Assembly (NCBI GenBank): GCA_963668485.1
Contig: OY764543.1
Span: 493,493-557,492, forward strand
DNA: 64,000 nucleotides
From: Trueperaceae bacterium
GTDB lineage: Bacteria > Deinococcota > Deinococci > Deinococcales > Trueperaceae
Reading direction: 5' to 3'
The notes beneath the pieces are model-generated. The model ran no database searches. It saw only the letters and a program-made list of their open reading frames with translations, and was not told the DNA's origin. This document shows, in pieces, positions 59,589-64,000 of this stretch. Position 1 is the first letter of the stretch. The number at the start of each line of letters is the position of its first letter. Position numbers and translations under genes: made by a program.

Positions 59589-61103
59589 TCAGGCACTTGC
59601 GATCCGCGGCATCCGGGTAGGTTCGGCCGCCAGAGTGGCCTGCAGGAAGCGGTGCAGGAGTTCCTGCTTCACCATCCCCGCCTCCGGATCCTGCCACAGG
59701 TTGGGGACCTCACCGGGATCGTTCACGAGATCGAACAGCTCCCTGTCGTCCCCCTCCCGGTAGACCGTGATCTTATAGCGTTCGTCCACATAAGTGCGGA
59801 GGTGGGGCCTAACCGGGTTGTGGCGATTCTCGCACAGGATATGGTCGCGAGCCCTCACTTCCAGGCCCTGCCATACGGCGAGCTGGTCGACCCCCTGCAT
59901 CAGCCCCGGAATCGGCTGCTGCGCAGCGCTCAGGAAGGTCGGGGCTAGGTCGACCAAGCTCTGCAGGGCGCCGGCGACGCGGCCCTCAGGGATCCTCCCG
60001 GGCCAGCGAACGACGAAGGGCAGGCGCAGCATATCCTCGTAGTGGAAGGGGCTCTTGGCAATGAGGCCGTGCTGGCCGATGAAGTGACCATGGTCGGTGG
60101 TAAAGACCACCAGGGTATCGGCGGCGAGCCCTCACCGATCGAGAGCGTCGAGGATGCGCCCTATATGGTGATCCATAAGGCTAATCATGCCGTAGTAGCT
60201 GGCGATATCCCGCCTGAGCCCCCCTTCGTCGTGCACAGCCGTGAGCAGCGTATGGCCGGTGCCAGTCGCCGAAGTTCGGCTCCCGCTGCTGGGTTTTGGC
60301 GAAGTGGGGCGGGTTGCGATCGTGCTCTCCGGGCATCAACCTGCCCGGAACCATCTCGGCAGGGTCGTACATCGAAGCCCATGGCTCCGGCACCAGGTAG
60401 ACCGGGTGCGGATCCTGAAAGCTGGCCCAGACCAAGAAGGGCTCCCCTTCCCCAGCAGCATTGCGATCGATGAACTCGATAGTCTTATCGGCCGTCCCTT
60501 TCGAGTAGTGGAAGCCCTCGGGGAGCTCCCATCGGCGTCGCCGCCTCCCCGGATCCCCGGGGGCGAGGAAGTAGTCACGCCAGTCGGTCAGACCCTGCTC
60601 CTCGAGCCAGATGGCGTAGTGCTGGCCCGAATGCGACTCATCGGTGTGATTGCGCGCTAGCTCGATAGAGTAAAACCATACCAGGGGCCCCGGAACTCGC
60701 GCCAGAAGTCGAGATCCCGCAGGGTGGGCTGGCTCTCGAGGGATTCCGAGTCCGGCCGCGAGGCCAGCGGCTGGAAGTGTGCCTTGCCGACCAGCGCGGT
60801 CTGGTAACCGGCCTCACTCAACTGCCCCCCCACGGTGGGAACATCCTCGGGGAGCTTCACCCCGATGGTCCAGGCGCCGTGCACCGAGGGGTAGAGGCCG
60901 GTGATTATGCTCGCTCGCGAGGGGGTGCACACGGGGTTGGGACAGTATGCCCGGTCGAAGCGGGTCCCTTCGCGGCAGAGTCGGTCGAGGGCGGGGGTCT
61001 GGATGCGTGAATTGGTGACCCCGAGGGTGTCGTAGTGCTGCTGATCGCTGGTGATCAGCAGGATGTTGGGGGGGCGGTCGGTCCTGACTGCAGGGGTACT
61101 CAT
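59589..61103 (-). pseudogene. Second Cys-type sulfatase, broken into at least three ORF pieces (60657-61103 N-terminal with CTPSR, 60181-60435 middle, 59589-60110 C-terminal)
   Basis: The pieces are collinear with a sulfatase, but stops and frame changes separate them near 60110-60180 and 60440-60660. Confidence 0.55.
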
Positions 61104-61183
61104 GACGCCACCGTAACCCCTTCCTTAGTCGTCGGAGTCCTCGCCAGAAGCTCCAGGATCACGTCTGGAGCACTCGCTCCGGT

Positions 61184-61202
61184 CCTGGACCGATCCGAAG
61201 AA
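61184..61202. repeat. Solo IS-terminus-like motif CCGAAGAATCCGTCCTTGG, between the sulfatase pseudogene and the P450 gene
   Basis: Same motif family as 5775-5792 and 24081-24098. Confidence 0.4.
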
Positions 61203-61290
61203 TCCGTCCTTGGCTGCTCCCACCCGCACACGATCTGTGAGACCTCGACAGCGATCAGTAGCTGGCGCCTGCGGCCCCTTATGCCGCTTG

Positions 61291-63282
61291 TCAATGGCTG
61301 CTCTGGCGCCGGCGCAGCACGCGAAACTTGAACGACGATGCGGGGTGCGGGGCGGGTGTCTGTTTGACTTTCAGTTTGTAGCCAGGCGAGGCTAGTGTGA
61401 GTTCCAGATCATGGACGATCGTCAAGAGGGTGAGTGCAATCTGTACCTCGGCAAAATTGCTGCCCAGGCAGCGATGCGTTCCCAAGCCAAATGGGGCAAA
61501 GGCTCCCGGTTGCTTATGCTCGGCCCGTTCCGCCGTGTAGCGATCGATATCGAAGCGCTGAGGATTCGGAAAACACTCGGAGAGGTGATGCGTTACAGTG
61601 TTGCCGATGATAACCTTCGACCTTGCTGGCACCTTGTAGCCGGCAAACTCGAATGAGTTGGCTACGGTGCGCGGGAGACCGGGGATAGCCGGATACATGC
61701 GCAGCGTTTCCAGAACGGTGCGATGCATGACATCTAGCTCGCGCAACCTTTCAGGCGTCAGCGTCTCTTGATCGAAGAAGGCATCTGCCTCGGCAGTTAT
61801 GCGCTCAAGCAACTCAGGATGCTTCAAGATCGCGTAGATCATGAAGGCACAGGTATTGGCCGCGGTCTCGATCCCGGCGAAGAATGGACCCAGCACGGCT
61901 AACTGCAAATCCGTCTCGGGAAAGAATTGCGGGTCGGTCCGGTGCAGTTCGAGCAAGTCGTCGATCAGATCGCGGTTCGCACGGTCCTCGCGTTCGTGGT
62001 GAGCCAACACCATCGTGTGCAGTTCCTCTACTCGCTTGCGGGCGCGCCGCAGCCGCGGTAGGCGCAGAATCCAGCCGGGGCTCTGCCGCATCACGTGGAC
62101 CCTGAGCAAACCATCGAGAGTGGTGATCAAGTCATCAATGCTATCCTCTGCGGAGATACCGGTAGTCAGTATAGCGATCTGCTCAGCGATGATGTTTTGC
62201 ATGGCGTATTGGGTGACGACGGGCCGGTTCTGTGGCCATTCGGCGATCATGCGACGCGTGATGTCAACGACCTCATCCAAGCGGTGTTCGATGGACTTCT
62301 GGGAGTATGCGCTCATCTGTACCTTGCGCATGCGAATGTGAGCGGGCCCGTCCATAGCTGTGAGCGCGTCCTTGGCCCCCATTGCCATATTGAAACCCTG
62401 CCACGTTTCGTGCGAACGCAGGAAGCTTCTTCCCTGTTTCTGCACAAAGCGATTGGCCTCCGGACCAACGAGGGAGATATAGCGGCGGTTGAGTGCTCGG
62501 ATCTGAAAAATCGGGCCGTGTTTGCGGTATTGCCTAGTGAGAAAGGAGCGGAGGTCTCCAGCCATGTCGAAGGCGCTGCCGACAAGAGGCCACCCCGATA
62601 CCTGCGGTATCTCTTCGGGAGGACGAATGGAAGGGGCAGGGCGGGGAGGAGGTCCCATCGACCGCAGGGCACGAGCGACCGATTGGCCAATGAGGTCCAT
62701 CTTGCTGATGTGGTCGATCCGATCCTGCACCTCTGCCAGTTCGTCGCGGGACAGGATGCATTCAAACACGTCACAGGCCGCTGCAAGACTGATAATGACG
62801 ATATCGCGCGGGTCTGGAATATCATCACTGAACAGCAATCTCATTATGCGGAACTGGACTTCCTCCGTAGCCTCGCCATCAATGACGGGGTAGCGCTTGG
62901 AACGTGACACGTTGTTGGAGAGGAAAAACAGAGTTGAGCCCCCGGACTCGAGAATGCTGCGTTGGACCAGCCTGGAGAGCGCCTGCTCGCGGATCTCATC
63001 ACCATGCATCGCTACAAGTCCCAGCCAGTGTCCGACCGGGTAAGCGCGAGCGTCTTGTGCGATCTCAGCCAAGGTTGGATCGAGCAATTCATCTCCGACA
63101 GGCGTTGGATCGATGAGCATCAGCCGTTCAAGATCGGTGTCAATGCGGTTTTCCAGCGCCAGATCCATCAACACGGCGCCAGCGAGCACGGTATTGAGCG
63201 AGTGCGGCGGCAGGGAGGGGACGATATCGCCGCCCTCATTGCTTAAGAGCAGTAGGAGAATCTCTTCAGCGAATCTAAGCAT
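61291..63282 (-). CDS. Fusion protein: N-terminal GPP34/GOLPH3-like domain (~230 aa) joined to a C-terminal cytochrome P450 (~430 aa)
   Basis: The N-terminus MLRFAEEILLLLLSNEGGDIV...LAGAVLMDLALENRI... matches bacterial GPP34-family proteins. The C-terminus has the P450 heme-ligand loop FAPFGLGTHRCLGSNFA and the ETLRMYP (ExxR) region. Confidence 0.7.
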   Translation of the reverse strand: MLRFAEEILLLLLSNEGGDIVPSLPPHSLNTVLAGAVLMDLALENRIDTDLERLMLIDPTPVGDELLDPTLAEIAQDARAYPVGHWLGLVAMHGDEIREQALSRLVQRSILESGGSTLFFLSNNVSRSKRYPVIDGEATEEVQFRIMRLLFSDDIPDPRDIVIISLAAACDVFECILSRDELAEVQDRIDHISKMDLIGQSVARALRSMGPPPRPAPSIRPPEEIPQVSGWPLVGSAFDMAGDLRSFLTRQYRKHGPIFQIRALNRRYISLVGPEANRFVQKQGRSFLRSHETWQGFNMAMGAKDALTAMDGPAHIRMRKVQMSAYSQKSIEHRLDEVVDITRRMIAEWPQNRPVVTQYAMQNIIAEQIAILTTGISAEDSIDDLITTLDGLLRVHVMRQSPGWILRLPRLRRARKRVEELHTMVLAHHEREDRANRDLIDDLLELHRTDPQFFPETDLQLAVLGPFFAGIETAANTCAFMIYAILKHPELLERITAEADAFFDQETLTPERLRELDVMHRTVLETLRMYPAIPGLPRTVANSFEFAGYKVPARSKVIIGNTVTHHLSECFPNPQRFDIDRYTAERAEHKQPGAFAPFGLGTHRCLGSNFAEVQIALTLLTIVHDLELTLASPGYKLKVKQTPAPHPASSFKFRVLRRRQSSH

Positions 63283-63299
63283 GGTGCACCAAGCCTCTG

Positions 63300-64000
63300 T
63301 CAGGTTTGCTGTGCTCTCTCCACGTCGGTGGGCACGCGGAAGAACAATGCGGCGGCGGAAGATAGTGCTGCCGTGACAACGAGCACAGCGAACACATCGG
63401 ACAGGGCGCCGACCAACGCGGCGTTGAGCGAGTCCAACAGACTGTCCACATTCTGGATGCCCTCAGGCCCCTCCTCGACTAGACGCTCTCTCAACAAGTC
63501 AGCTTCGGACGGATCCAGCAGCGCCTGGGGGTCCTGCTTGACAGATTCAAGCAACCCCTCTGGCAGCGAGGTTTTGAGGTCATCGGAAGCCATCGCCTCC
63601 AGCTTGGATCCGAAGCTGTGCGTCATCACAACTCCCACTACGGTGAGACCCAACATGCCGCCGACGGTTCGGAAGAACTGATTCGACGACGTCCCTGCCC
63701 CCACCAGCCTAAACGGTACTGAGTTCTGAACGGCTACGGAGATCACGGCCAGAGTACCACCCAGCCCCAGTCCGGTTAGCACAAGGTAAATCCCGATCAG
63801 AACAGGGTCTGTGGCCTCGTTCATGGTGGAGACCAAATACATCCCGATCGTCGTCAGCGCCGTACTGGCCAAGACCTGGAACTGGTAATGTCCGCCGGTT
63901 CTAGAGAGCAGTTGTCCCGCCACGATCCCGCCGAATACGATTCCCAGCAGCATGGGGACGAGCAGGCTGCTGCTGACCATACCCAGCACACCGCGGAAAA
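63300..64000 (-). CDS. MFS transporter, C-terminal half; the gene continues beyond the window end
   Basis: Six consecutive hydrophobic helices with MFS-like loop motifs. The ORF reaches the window edge. Confidence 0.65.
   Translation of the reverse strand, partial: FRGVLGMVSSSLLVPMLLGIVFGGIVAGQLLSRTGGHYQFQVLASTALTTIGMYLVSTMNEATDPVLIGIYLVLTGLGLGGTLAVISVAVQNSVPFRLVGAGTSSNQFFRTVGGMLGLTVVGVVMTHSFGSKLEAMASDDLKTSLPEGLLESVKQDPQALLDPSEADLLRERLVEEGPEGIQNVDSLLDSLNAALVGALSDVFAVLVVTAALSSAAALFFRVPTDVERAQQT

Noticed and set aside
1-64000. CRISPR arrays, rRNA, tmRNA/RNase P, additional tRNAs
   Set aside because: No short direct-repeat/spacer periodicity was seen on reading the intergenic regions, and there was no further cloverleaf-like sequence or rRNA-like block. 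Only the single tRNA-Met at 6748-6824 was found.

Overview
This 64-kb window comes from a high-GC bacterial chromosome. Housekeeping and central-metabolism genes are interleaved with a heavily decayed accessory fraction.

The recognisable genes, in order: ligA (partial, runs off the window start), glnA, ruvC, an L-rhamnose catabolic cluster (rhamnulokinase, class II aldolase, bifunctional rhamnulose-1-P aldolase/SDR, L-rhamnose isomerase), an M20 hydrolase, a gluconolactonase plus a UxaA-type dehydratase, a MATE transporter, mutS2, mogA/moaB, pyrE, priA, an SPFH protein, a histidine kinase/response regulator pair, a NYN-domain protein, ispE-ispD, ubiX, a PASTA-domain protein, pyruvate dehydrogenase E1 and E2, an LptB-like ATPase, a DUF3084 protein, aroE, ltaE, a threonine-dehydratase-like enzyme, trmFO, a TPP enzyme, sulfatases and a GPP34-P450 fusion.

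The accessory fraction contains one tRNA-Met embedded in IS debris: an IS1595 element with a frameshifted transposase, and IS1-like, IS3-like and IS982-like fragments. It also contains a previously unclassified non-autonomous MITE-like element family with about six copies, three of them near-identical ~560-bp copies with ~28-bp terminal inverted repeats. Two of these lie in inverted orientation around an 8-kb core-gene block. An 18-bp IS-terminus-like motif is scattered through the window. There is also a low-GC single-gene island encoding a stand-alone HsdR_N-type PD-(D/E)xK nuclease-domain protein.

Several genes appear frameshifted or decayed (class II aldolase, sugar-binding protein, DUF4037, second sulfatase, IS1595 transposase). 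This points either to real genome decay or to indel errors in the assembly.

The lineage cannot be assigned from sequence alone. The PriA with degenerate Walker A/B motifs and the DUF3084 and LptB-like genes are compatible with a Deinococcus-Thermus-like diderm, but this is a guess.

No CRISPR array and no rRNA were seen.
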